Source: an uncultured virus (IMG/VR IMGVR_UViG_3300020469_000033) (lineage: Duplodnaviria > Heunggongvirae > Uroviricota > Caudoviricetes). Taken from it: a stretch of 64,000 bases of DNA. Shown here piece after piece: positions 48,551 through 57,487 of this stretch; the first letter of the stretch is position 1; every line of letters begins with the position of its first letter. Location: IMG/VR virus record IMGVR_UViG_3300020469_000033, positions 1-64,000 of that record; one strand, written 5' to 3'. Under the pieces are notes generated by a model. That model did no database searches. It was not told the DNA's origin and saw nothing but the letters and a program-made list of their open reading frames with translations. Made by a program: the position numbers and the translations under genes.

Positions 48551-48931
48551 ATGGCAGTAACTTATTCTTGGGGTGTAACCCAAATGACTAAAAAAACAGT
48601 AGGTTCTTACGATAACGTAATTTTACACGTTAGATGGACATGTACTGGAACTGAAGGTACTACTGGTACTGAAGGTAGATTTATAGGAGCAACTCCAATT
48701 GATTTTGATTCGGGTTCAGCTGATGAATTTGTAGCTTTCGGAGAATTAACTGAAGAGTTAGTAGCAGGATGGGCTTCAGCTTCAGTAACACATCCATCAT
48801 CAGGATACTGGGACCACATCTCAGAACAAATCCAAAATAAGATTGATGAAGTTGATGATGCTACTGAAGAAATAGGAGAAGGAGACTTACCTTGGTCAAC
48901 AGGTTCAGTAACTCCAACACCTGAAGTTTAA
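48551..48931 (+). CDS. Fibre-associated hypothetical protein (MAVTYSW...); start moved from the ORF-track GTG at 48491 to ATG 48551
   Basis: AAAAGGAAAATAAAATGGCA initiation region nearly identical to that of the capsid gene. Confidence 0.7.
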   Translation: MAVTYSWGVTQMTKKTVGSYDNVILHVRWTCTGTEGTTGTEGRFIGATPIDFDSGSADEFVAFGELTEELVAGWASASVTHPSSGYWDHISEQIQNKIDEVDDATEEIGEGDLPWSTGSVTPTPEV

Positions 48932-48954
48932 TTGTTGGTTTCAAACTTTTAGTT

Positions 48955-48963
48955 ATATTTATA
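48955..48963 (+). promoter_or_regulatory. Putative late promoter motif ATATTTATA
   Basis: Intergenic, upstream of the sheath gene. Confidence 0.6.
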
Positions 48964-49005
48964 ATAGTAATAACTAAATTGTTTATTAAATAATACGGAG
49001 ATAAT

Positions 49006-51300
49006 ATGGCAGAAAGAATTGTATCACCCGGTGTATTCACAAGAGAGAATGATTTATCATTCCTAGCACAAGGGGTTGGAGAAATAGGAGCAGCGTTTAT
49101 TGGACCTTTCAAACAAGGGCCAGCGTTTGTTCCCACAATCGTTAGAACTCAGAGTGAGTTTGAGGATAAATTTGGTACTCCTGATGGTACTTATTACACA
49201 GAATATGCAGTACAAAACTATCTTAGAGAAGCAGGTACGGCAACTATTGTAAGAGTAGCAGGAGTAGGTGGTTATAACCAAGCAAACCCTATTGGTATTG
49301 CAGTAACTGGTTCAGCTGGATTGAAATTAATTTCAACTCTTCACTCTACTCATAATGGTGATGAAGAAGTTGGATTTAGTGGATTTACCATATCTGATGG
49401 AAATGCAACAGGTTCATTTGTTGTTAGTGGTAGTGGTATTGGAGAAGTATCTTCTTCTTTATTATCAACTGATAACAATGATGTAACTGATGTATTTGGT
49501 TCTAATGCAAGAGGTTCTAAAGATGCATACACTTATACTTACTTTAAGAATGCATTTGATGGAATCGAAGATAAAAATGTAGTAGAAGCAGTTGCACTAC
49601 CAACTCAGAACTTTACTTACGATGCTAGTACGGCAGCAACACCATATGTAAAATCACAACTAATCTCCGGTGAAAGATATGACCTATTTAAGTTCTATAC
49701 TTTAGGACATGGTAATGGTGAAAACAAAAGATTTAAGATTTCTATATCTGGTGTTAAGGCAGCAGGTGAAGATGGAGGAACTGATTACTCAGTATTTAGT
49801 GTAACTGTTCGTTCTTATAATGATACTGATAAAAGAAAAGTAGTATTAGAAACATTTAGTAATGTAAACTTAGACCCATCATCTCCAAACTATATTGCAA
49901 GAGTAATTGGTGATAGATGGAATACTATTGATTCAAATGGTAAAATTACTGAAAATGGTGATTGGATAAACAACTCTAAGTATATTAGAGTAAAAGTAGG
50001 AGAGCAAGGTTCTTACCCTGTATCTGCTGCACCATTTGGACATGGAGCATACTCTAATCCAATTAAAGCAACTGATGAAACTATTGTTCCAGTAGCTGTT
50101 TATCAAACTGGTTCAATCGCTAACACAAGTGGTAACCCACAATATTATGCTGGATTTGATTTTGAATCAATTGGTATAAAAGATGATAACGCTAACTATA
50201 TGAAACCTCTACCTGAAAGTGTAGGAGTTGGTTCTAACTTAGCTTTTGGATTTGATGGAAATGTAAGTGGAGTTGGATTATCATTAGAAATGACTGGTTC
50301 AGCAACCGCTGATATGATTAAGAGACAATTCTCATTAGGATTCCAAGGAGGATTTGATGGAATGAGCCCGAATAGAGAAATCGCTTTAGGTTCAAACATT
50401 TCAGCTGGAAATTCGCAAGGTTTAGCTTTAACTGATTCTACTGCTAGTGGTTCAGTTGCATACGCTAAAGCTGTTAACGCAATTTCAAACGCTGATGAAT
50501 ATGATATTAATATGGTAGCAACACCGGGTATTATAAGAAGATTACACCCAGCAGTTGTTACTGATGTGATTGATATGGTAGAAGCTAGACAAGATGCATT
50601 CTATATTACTGATTTAACTTCAGTAAACGATACAATCGCACAAGTTACTACTCAAGCTAACTCAATTGATTCGAACTATGTAGGTTCTTATTATCCTTGG
50701 GTTAAGACAGTAGATACAAATACTAACAAACTAATCTCAGTACCACCTTCAGTACTATTACCTGCTGTGTACGCAGCGAATGATGCTATTGCAGCTGAAT
50801 GGTTCGCACCTGCTGGTTTAAATAGAGGAGGTATTATTGGAGCAGTTTCAGTATTGAATAGATTAACACACTCTGAAAGAGATACTTTATATGAAAACAA
50901 AGTAAATCCAATCGCAACTTTCCCTGGACAAGGTATTGTAGCATTTGGACAAAAAACGTTGCAAGATAAAGCATCAGCATTAGATAGAATCAATGTAAGA
51001 AGATTGTTAATCAACGTTAAGAAATTTGTGGCATCTACATCTCGATTCTTAGTATTCGAACAAAATACGGCATCGACTAGAGGTAGATTCATCAACACTG
51101 TACAACCTTACTTAGAAGGTATCCAACAAAGACAAGGATTGTACGCATTTAAAGTAGTTATGGATGAGACTAACAACACACCTGATGTTGTTGATAGAAA
51201 CATATTGGCTGGACAGATTTTCCTACAACCTGCTAAGACCGCTGAATTCATTGTAATTGATTTCAACATCTTACCAACTGGAGCATCATTCTCAGCATAA
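49006..51300 (+). CDS. gp18: Contractile tail sheath protein (gp18-like)
   Basis: SPGVF.RE.D N-terminus; YYPWV, WFAPAG.NRG, LY...VNPI, FGQKTLQ..SALDRINVRRL, FEQN, PAKTAEFI motifs. Confidence 0.96.
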   Translation: MAERIVSPGVFTRENDLSFLAQGVGEIGAAFIGPFKQGPAFVPTIVRTQSEFEDKFGTPDGTYYTEYAVQNYLREAGTATIVRVAGVGGYNQANPIGIAVTGSAGLKLISTLHSTHNGDEEVGFSGFTISDGNATGSFVVSGSGIGEVSSSLLSTDNNDVTDVFGSNARGSKDAYTYTYFKNAFDGIEDKNVVEAVALPTQNFTYDASTAATPYVKSQLISGERYDLFKFYTLGHGNGENKRFKISISGVKAAGEDGGTDYSVFSVTVRSYNDTDKRKVVLETFSNVNLDPSSPNYIARVIGDRWNTIDSNGKITENGDWINNSKYIRVKVGEQGSYPVSAAPFGHGAYSNPIKATDETIVPVAVYQTGSIANTSGNPQYYAGFDFESIGIKDDNANYMKPLPESVGVGSNLAFGFDGNVSGVGLSLEMTGSATADMIKRQFSLGFQGGFDGMSPNREIALGSNISAGNSQGLALTDSTASGSVAYAKAVNAISNADEYDINMVATPGIIRRLHPAVVTDVIDMVEARQDAFYITDLTSVNDTIAQVTTQANSIDSNYVGSYYPWVKTVDTNTNKLISVPPSVLLPAVYAANDAIAAEWFAPAGLNRGGIIGAVSVLNRLTHSERDTLYENKVNPIATFPGQGIVAFGQKTLQDKASALDRINVRRLLINVKKFVASTSRFLVFEQNTASTRGRFINTVQPYLEGIQQRQGLYAFKVVMDETNNTPDVVDRNILAGQIFLQPAKTAEFIVIDFNILPTGASFSA

Positions 51301-51320
51301 TATAAAAATTTGAACAACTA

Positions 51321-51329
51321 ATATTTATT
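51321..51329 (+). promoter_or_regulatory. Putative late promoter variant ATATTTATT
   Basis: Intergenic, upstream of the tube gene. Confidence 0.5.
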
Positions 51330-51352
51330 AGTATAAAGAGGAAAATAAAAAA

Positions 51353-51841
51353 ATGGCAGAAGTATTAGAATTTAACGAAATGATGTTCACCAACTTCGAA
51401 CCGAAGATGAAGAACAGGTATATCATGGAGATTGATGGAATTCAATCTTACTTGATAAAAACTGCAGCTAGACCATCTATCAATTTCGAAACTGTAAAGT
51501 TAGACCACATCAACACTTATAGAAAACTACAAGGTAAAGGTGAATGGCAGGATATCACAATTACATTATATGACCCAATCGTTCCAAGTGGAGCACAACA
51601 AGTGATGGAATGGGTAAGATTAGGATACGAATCTTTAACTGGTAGAAAAGGATACGCAGATTTCTACAAAAAAGATATCGATTTTTATATGCTAGGACCT
51701 GTTGGTGATAAGATTGAACAATGGAAGTTAAAAGGTGCATTTATTCAGGCAGCTAACTTTAATGATTTAGATTTTACATCTAATGACCCAGCTGATATCG
51801 AATTAACTCTTTCATACGATTACGCAATATTAGAATTTTAA
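51353..51841 (+). CDS. gp19: Tail tube protein (gp19-like)
   Basis: Follows the sheath; G..EW.DITITLYD, EW, YKKDI, E.W.L.GAF, L.L.YDYA pattern. Confidence 0.9.
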   Translation: MAEVLEFNEMMFTNFEPKMKNRYIMEIDGIQSYLIKTAARPSINFETVKLDHINTYRKLQGKGEWQDITITLYDPIVPSGAQQVMEWVRLGYESLTGRKGYADFYKKDIDFYMLGPVGDKIEQWKLKGAFIQAANFNDLDFTSNDPADIELTLSYDYAILEF

Positions 51842-51873
51842 GATATTATCCACTACTATCTATATATTTGAAG

Positions 51874-51900
51874 AAGGTTCTCTTAGTGAGAACCTTTTTT
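51874..51900 (+). terminator. Rho-independent terminator after the tube gene
   Basis: AAGGTTCTC-ttagt-GAGAACCTT perfect stem plus T tract. Confidence 0.85.
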
Positions 51901-51925
51901 CGTTTTATAACTTTTTTATTTTGAT

Positions 51926-51934
51926 ATACTTATA
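51926..51934 (+). promoter_or_regulatory. Putative late promoter variant ATACTTATA
   Basis: Between the terminator and the ATG at 51959. Confidence 0.5.
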
Positions 51935-51958
51935 TATACAAACAAATAAAGGTTAATT

Positions 51959-52732
51959 ATGAACGAAAATAAATTTGATTTCCCAACTGAGGTAGTAGAT
52001 TTACCATCAAAAGGATTAGTTTATCCAGAAGGACACCCATTAAGAAAGGGTAATATTGAGATTAAATATATGACAGCAAGAGAAGAAGATATTCTTGCAT
52101 CTCAATCTCTAATCAAAAAAGGTGTAGTATTAGATAAGTTATTCGAATCAGTAGTAGTAGAACCAAATGTAGATATCAATGATATCTTTATTGGTGATAA
52201 AAACGCAATCCTGTTAGCAACTAGAGTATTGGGATATGGTTCAGAATATAAAGTAGAAATAACTGACCCATCTACATTAGAAGAGCAAGAGGTAAGTATT
52301 GATTTATCTAAGGTAAAAACAAAAGATTTTAATGAATCATTATTAAATGGTGAAAATCTTTATAAATTTAAATTACCAAAAAGTGGGGCAGAGTTGGAAT
52401 TCAAACTTCTAACACATGGTGATGAAAGTGAAATCACAAAAGAAAACCAAGCATTAGCTAGATTATATAAAGGAAAGGGAGATACTACATTTGATGTAAC
52501 AACTCGTTTGAAATATATGATTCAATCGGTAGATGGTAATGAAGATAGGGGATTCATTACTAAGTGGGTATCAAACTCATTCTTAGCATTAGATACCAAA
52601 GCATTCAGAAAATATGTAAGAGAAATCAGTCCAGATATGGATTTAAAATTCAACTTTGTATCAGAGTTGACGGGAGAAGAGGAGGCTCTCGATATCCCCT
52701 TTGGGGCCGGGTTTTTTTACCCTTCCGAGTGA
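51959..52732 (+). CDS. Tail assembly chaperone / baseplate hub assembly protein (gp26-like)
   Basis: LPSKG..Y, MTAREEDIL, GD.NAILL..R..GYG..Y, LP.SG, FF.P C-terminus; lies between the tube and tape measure genes. Confidence 0.75.
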   Translation: MNENKFDFPTEVVDLPSKGLVYPEGHPLRKGNIEIKYMTAREEDILASQSLIKKGVVLDKLFESVVVEPNVDINDIFIGDKNAILLATRVLGYGSEYKVEITDPSTLEEQEVSIDLSKVKTKDFNESLLNGENLYKFKLPKSGAELEFKLLTHGDESEITKENQALARLYKGKGDTTFDVTTRLKYMIQSVDGNEDRGFITKWVSNSFLALDTKAFRKYVREISPDMDLKFNFVSELTGEEEALDIPFGAGFFYPSE

Positions 52733-52925
52733 TTACTCGATTAAATTACATAATCAAATTTGGGAGCTGGTTAACTTTGGTAATGGATTTACTTGGAGAG
52801 ATGTTTACTTCATGCCAATACAATGGAGAAAGTTCTACTTCAATAAGTTATTAGACCTCAAAAAGAAAGAAGCAGACGAATACAAAAAAGCAGAACGTAA
52901 ATCAAAAGTAAGGGTTAGGAAATAA
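52716..52925 (+). CDS. Chaperone C-terminal extension (gp51/gpGT-like), probably expressed by +1 frameshift
   Basis: Overlapping +1 frame opens at a T7 run; FTW.DVY.MP...R.FY...L resembles gp51-type peptides; no ATG near its 5' end. Confidence 0.6.
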   Translation, partial: FTLPSDYSIKLHNQIWELVNFGNGFTWRDVYFMPIQWRKFYFNKLLDLKKKEADEYKKAERKSKVRVRK

Positions 52926-52941
52926 TCCTTACTTTTTTTTT
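52904..52941 (+). terminator. Rho-independent terminator
   Basis: AAAAGTAAGGGTTA-ggaaa-TAATCCTTACTTTT stem plus long T tract. Confidence 0.8.
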
Positions 52942-52946
52942 ATCCA

Positions 52947-52955
52947 ATATTTATA
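52947..52955 (+). promoter_or_regulatory. Putative late promoter motif ATATTTATA
   Basis: Immediately after the terminator, before the ATG at 52984. Confidence 0.6.
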
Positions 52956-52983
52956 GTAGTATAAAACTATAAAGAAACTAATC

Positions 52984-53187
52984 ATGTCAAAAAAAGAAAT
53001 AAATGAACTAAATATGGTTTCTCGATTCATAGGAGACTTTTTCGATGGATTGCAAAAAGGTACTGCTAATAGAATAATTAAAAAAGCATCTGATAGAGGC
53101 TTACCAAAATCTTTTACAGATAAAATGGAAAAAATTAGAAAAGAAAAAGCAGAATTAGATGACCTTATAAAGAAATATTCAAAATAA
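52984..53187 (+). CDS. Small basic hypothetical protein
   Basis: Fills the gap between the promoter motif and the tape measure gene. Confidence 0.6.
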   Translation: MSKKEINELNMVSRFIGDFFDGLQKGTANRIIKKASDRGLPKSFTDKMEKIRKEKAELDDLIKKYSK

Positions 53188-53195
53188 ACTACTAA

Positions 53196-55433
53196 ATGGC
53201 ACAAAGTAGAGCTGATTTATTAAAAGAGATAAAATCTCTTCAATCTGAAATAAATAAGATTGAAGCTGCTGGTAGTGCCATTACCAAAGAACAAGTAAAA
53301 CAACAATCTGACCTAAAAAAAGAATTAGTAGCTACTGCTAAAGAACTTAAAAAGGTAAATGATACAAGAAACGAAGCATTAGCTTCAGAAGAATCTTCGA
53401 TAAAATCTATTTCAACTATATATGATAACCTAAGTACTTCTCAGAAAAAAACTTTAGATATAACATCATCAACTCAAGATAAAAACTTCCAAAAATCAAT
53501 GGATGTTATGTCTTTGAATCGTGATATCGCAAGCTTAACAAAGGATGATGAATATCAAAGATTAGCATTAACATCTAAAAGAGATGATATAATGAAATCT
53601 CTTGATGGTAGAAGTAAAAGTTTAATAAAAAATCTAAAAGAACAAAACTCAATAGCAGATACGTTATCAAATATATCTGAGGAGGAACAAGAAGCTCTTG
53701 AAAAACAAAAAGCAGCACAAGAAGCATTAAAATCTTCAATGCAAGCCATAACAGAAACTGCTGAAACATTTGTTACTAATCTAAAAAGTGCAGAAGGTAT
53801 AACTGGATTGCTATTAATAGGTGGTGGAAAGTTTTTTGGTAAACTATCCGAAGTAAATAAAGAATTAGGGCAAGTTGGTGAAGGTTTAAGTGGAGCAGCT
53901 GGTAGTGCAACTGTATTAAGTTTTGCATTTGGTGATTCTGCAGAAACTCTAAAATCATTATCTGCCGAAATGGGTGGATTGGAAGATGCTACATTTGGAG
54001 CACAACTTCAAACTAACTTAATGGCTAATAATTTAGGTATTAGTGGTGCCGAAGCAGCAACATTAAGTGGTTCTTTAGCTAGGTTAAATGGTGGTTCATT
54101 AGAAACTGCTGGTAATCTCGCAGCTGGTAGTAGAGAATTCGCTAGAATGAATAACATACCAGTTTCTCAATTAATGGGTGATGTTGCTGGTTCAACTGAA
54201 GAGTTTGCACTATTTGGAAAAGATGGTGGTAAAAATATATTACAAGCTGCTGGTTATGCTGCTAAGTTAGGTACTAATATGAGTACCATTAGTGGTATAG
54301 CAGATGGATTACTTGATTTTGAATCATCTATTACCAAAGAATTAGAATTGGGAGCAATGTTAGGTAAAAACATTAATCTTGATAAGGCTAGACAATTAGC
54401 AATGGAAGGTGACTTAGAGGGTATGATGAAAGAAACATTAAGTTCACTTGGTGGTATTGATGCATTTAACAAAATGGATTACTTCCAAAAGAAAGCTACG
54501 GCAGATTTATTAGGTGTATCAGTTGCAGAACTTGGAAAGATGGCAGCAAACCAAGAAAAAGCACAAAACATATCTAAATTAATGAATGGTGATTTCTCTA
54601 ATATGGGAGAATCACTTAAAGCAATAGTAGCTGAAGTTGGACCTAAAATGATGAGTTGGGCTGGTGGATTCCTAACAATGTCAGCTCAGGCAGGTCAAAC
54701 TTGGACAGCATTTGGTGGTGGTATTTCAAAAACATTAGGTAAACTAAAAGGTATGGTTGGTTTAGGGAAGAAAGCAGCAGGAGCTGCAACTTCCGTAGCA
54801 GGTTCAGCAACTGAATCAGTAGCTGGTAACGTTGGTAAAGTATCTAAAGGTGGTGGAATCGGTGGAATGATGAAAGGAATGGGTGGTGGACTCAAAGGAT
54901 TAGCAAAGGGTGTTAGTGCATTTGCTTCCCCACAAGCTCTATTAGGATTAGCTGCAGTAACTGGAGCAATTATTGGTATTGGATTCGCACTTAAAATAGC
55001 AGCACCTGGTATTAAAGCATTTGGTGAAGCTATTGGTAACATTGTAGTATCAGTAGGTACAGCCGTTGCAAAAGTATTTGGTGGATTGGGAGATTTCTTT
55101 GGAAAGATAGCACAAGTAGCAACCCCAGAACTAGCATTATCCGTATTAGGATTAGCTGGTGGATTTGCTGCACTAACCGCATCTTTAGTAGGATTCTCAG
55201 TTGCTGGTATAACGGCAATTCCAGCAATGATGGCTGTTTCAGCATTTGGAGCAGCGAGTTCCTTATTAGGTTTAGGTGGTGATGCTGGAGGAGCTGAAGA
55301 TAATCCAGCTTGGGTAGAAGAATTGAAAACAACATTTAGAGAAACAAAAGATGTTTATATAGATGGAGGAAAAGTTACATCAGCGATAGCAAGTAGAGTA
55401 AATAAGATAGGAAGTAATTCATACGCAATATAA
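53196..55433 (+). CDS. Tape measure protein
   Basis: Coiled-coil N-terminus, Ala/Gly-rich helical body, LLDFESSI..ELE...LG..INL..AR motif, hydrophobic C-terminal segments; position after tube and chaperone. Confidence 0.85.
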   Translation: MAQSRADLLKEIKSLQSEINKIEAAGSAITKEQVKQQSDLKKELVATAKELKKVNDTRNEALASEESSIKSISTIYDNLSTSQKKTLDITSSTQDKNFQKSMDVMSLNRDIASLTKDDEYQRLALTSKRDDIMKSLDGRSKSLIKNLKEQNSIADTLSNISEEEQEALEKQKAAQEALKSSMQAITETAETFVTNLKSAEGITGLLLIGGGKFFGKLSEVNKELGQVGEGLSGAAGSATVLSFAFGDSAETLKSLSAEMGGLEDATFGAQLQTNLMANNLGISGAEAATLSGSLARLNGGSLETAGNLAAGSREFARMNNIPVSQLMGDVAGSTEEFALFGKDGGKNILQAAGYAAKLGTNMSTISGIADGLLDFESSITKELELGAMLGKNINLDKARQLAMEGDLEGMMKETLSSLGGIDAFNKMDYFQKKATADLLGVSVAELGKMAANQEKAQNISKLMNGDFSNMGESLKAIVAEVGPKMMSWAGGFLTMSAQAGQTWTAFGGGISKTLGKLKGMVGLGKKAAGAATSVAGSATESVAGNVGKVSKGGGIGGMMKGMGGGLKGLAKGVSAFASPQALLGLAAVTGAIIGIGFALKIAAPGIKAFGEAIGNIVVSVGTAVAKVFGGLGDFFGKIAQVATPELALSVLGLAGGFAALTASLVGFSVAGITAIPAMMAVSAFGAASSLLGLGGDAGGAEDNPAWVEELKTTFRETKDVYIDGGKVTSAIASRVNKIGSNSYAI

Positions 55434-55439
55434 TATATT

Positions 55440-57188
55440 ATGCCAACATTAGAAGAATTATTTAAAAGTAGACAACTTCCCTCACAAGGTGGTAAAACCG
55501 CTGAAGAAGCATATGCTATACGAAATTCAAAAGATATTCGTATTTCAGCAGCTGACCCATTTGTGAATACAGTTGGTATGTCATTGGCTAGATTAGCTAG
55601 AAAAAATTTAGGAGCTAAAGGAAGTGAAACTCTTTTAGAAGAAGAAGTAACAGGAGCTAGATTAATAAGAACGGCATCAATGCCATTTATATATGGTAGT
55701 GAATTACCAAGATTAACACTTAGAACTACTACACTTTTGGATACAATGAGAGCAGCAACTGGTGGTGATGATGGTGGTGGTGGTCCATTGGGTAATCTTA
55801 TCAAAAAAGGTAGAGATGCAGTACTTAATAGTAAATTCTTAGGAATTCCACAAACAATAATACCAACCAAAGTAGCTACTAATACTACAATTAAAGATAC
55901 TTTAAAAAGTGGTGAAATTCAAAAAAACTATTTAGAGGTATTAAAAAAAGCAAAAACTGACGGTACTGGGAAACCATTAGGTCAATTTCTAAAAGGCACT
56001 GGTGGTGGTAATATAAAAGATATTGGTAAACAAGCATTAGGTAGTGCAATAAAATTAGGAAAAGATAGGTTAAGAGAAGGATTATTCGGAAAAGCTGGTA
56101 CAACCGGATTCAATGGGGCATCGTTAGTAGGTTTAAAAAATACAACAACAAATTATGGTAGTATTGATAGTGCCACTGGTGTAACAATTGCCCCCGCAGA
56201 TGCAGATGGGATAATAGATGCTAAAGGCTTAATGTACTCCAAAACATTTAATCTAAATATACCATTAAATAAAGATGGTAAAGATACAAGAGTTGGTTTA
56301 GATAAAAATAAACAAAATGACCCAAATCCTAACAAACTAGATTTTAGTGATATATCAGATGAAGGTGGATTGGGTGGAAGGTATTCAAAGGCTCTAAAAG
56401 ATTTAGATACCCCAAATAAGATATTATTCAGTTCAAACCCTGATAGAAAAGGAAAATCATTTGCAAGTAAGATTAGAGGACCAATATCAAAAAATGATTT
56501 TATAGAAAAGAAAAGAGGTATGGGTCAAATTGCTGATACTATTAATAATACCAATATCTTTGAAGGTGAAACTCTTACATTAGGTGATGGAACAACTTTA
56601 GATGAACAAGATTTTGTACCATTAAAATTTACCTCAATACATAGAAATAAAACTGTACAATTTAGAGCAACATTAAGTGGATTGAGTGAAACACTTTCTC
56701 CATCTTGGGATTCTCATAAGTTTATTGGTTCACCATTCAGTAATTACACATATAGTGGAATAGAAAGAAGTGTAACTTTTAATTTTAAAGTTTATTCATT
56801 AAATGCAGTAGAACATAAAATTGGATGGGATAAAATTAACTTTTTAAATTCATTAGTATTCCCACAAGGGTATTATGATTCATCTGCAGTAGTTCCACCA
56901 TTTATTAGATTAACAATTGGTGATTTATATAAAGGTAAATTATCATTTATAGAATCTTTATCACATACATGGGATGATAATACTCCTTGGAATGTAACTG
57001 ATAAAGAAAAAACAGTATTATCGAATGCAGTAGGAATTATAACAGGTACTCCTGAGAATGCTGATATAGATATGAAAGGATATCGATTACCAATGATTAC
57101 TGATGTATCAATGACTGTTAAATTTTTAATAGGTAGAAATAATACATCAGGTAGAAAATTCTATTCATTTGAACCTCAAAGTAAATAA
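55440..57188 (+). CDS. Baseplate / tail tube initiator-like protein
   Basis: C-terminal FRA.L.GLSE...PSW....G....Y.Y.G.ERS..F.F domain; position after the tape measure gene. Confidence 0.6.
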   Translation: MPTLEELFKSRQLPSQGGKTAEEAYAIRNSKDIRISAADPFVNTVGMSLARLARKNLGAKGSETLLEEEVTGARLIRTASMPFIYGSELPRLTLRTTTLLDTMRAATGGDDGGGGPLGNLIKKGRDAVLNSKFLGIPQTIIPTKVATNTTIKDTLKSGEIQKNYLEVLKKAKTDGTGKPLGQFLKGTGGGNIKDIGKQALGSAIKLGKDRLREGLFGKAGTTGFNGASLVGLKNTTTNYGSIDSATGVTIAPADADGIIDAKGLMYSKTFNLNIPLNKDGKDTRVGLDKNKQNDPNPNKLDFSDISDEGGLGGRYSKALKDLDTPNKILFSSNPDRKGKSFASKIRGPISKNDFIEKKRGMGQIADTINNTNIFEGETLTLGDGTTLDEQDFVPLKFTSIHRNKTVQFRATLSGLSETLSPSWDSHKFIGSPFSNYTYSGIERSVTFNFKVYSLNAVEHKIGWDKINFLNSLVFPQGYYDSSAVVPPFIRLTIGDLYKGKLSFIESLSHTWDDNTPWNVTDKEKTVLSNAVGIITGTPENADIDMKGYRLPMITDVSMTVKFLIGRNNTSGRKFYSFEPQSK

Positions 57189-57191
57189 TAG

Positions 57192-57482
57192 ATGGCAAGT
57201 AGATACGAAAATAATAAAAGTAAAAAACTAAATGATGGTAGAGTAGTATATCGTTCTAATATATATCCTAAAATACCATTAAGAGATGATGATGTTTATG
57301 TAGCTACTGAAACTGGTGATAGATTAGATACTCTAGCATATCAGTACTATGAAGATGCATCCCTATGGTGGATAATTGCATCGGCAAATAATATACATAA
57401 TGCTCCATTTGGTTTAAAAGATGGTACAATTTTAAGAATACCACAAAACTATATTGAGATATTAGTAAACTTTAGTGAATAA
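57192..57482 (+). CDS. LysM-like baseplate protein (gp53 / P2 gpX-like)
   Basis: GDRLD.LA..YY.D..LWWIIA.AN........G..LRIP signature. Confidence 0.85.
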   Translation: MASRYENNKSKKLNDGRVVYRSNIYPKIPLRDDDVYVATETGDRLDTLAYQYYEDASLWWIIASANNIHNAPFGLKDGTILRIPQNYIEILVNFSE

Positions 57483-57487
57483 CAGTT

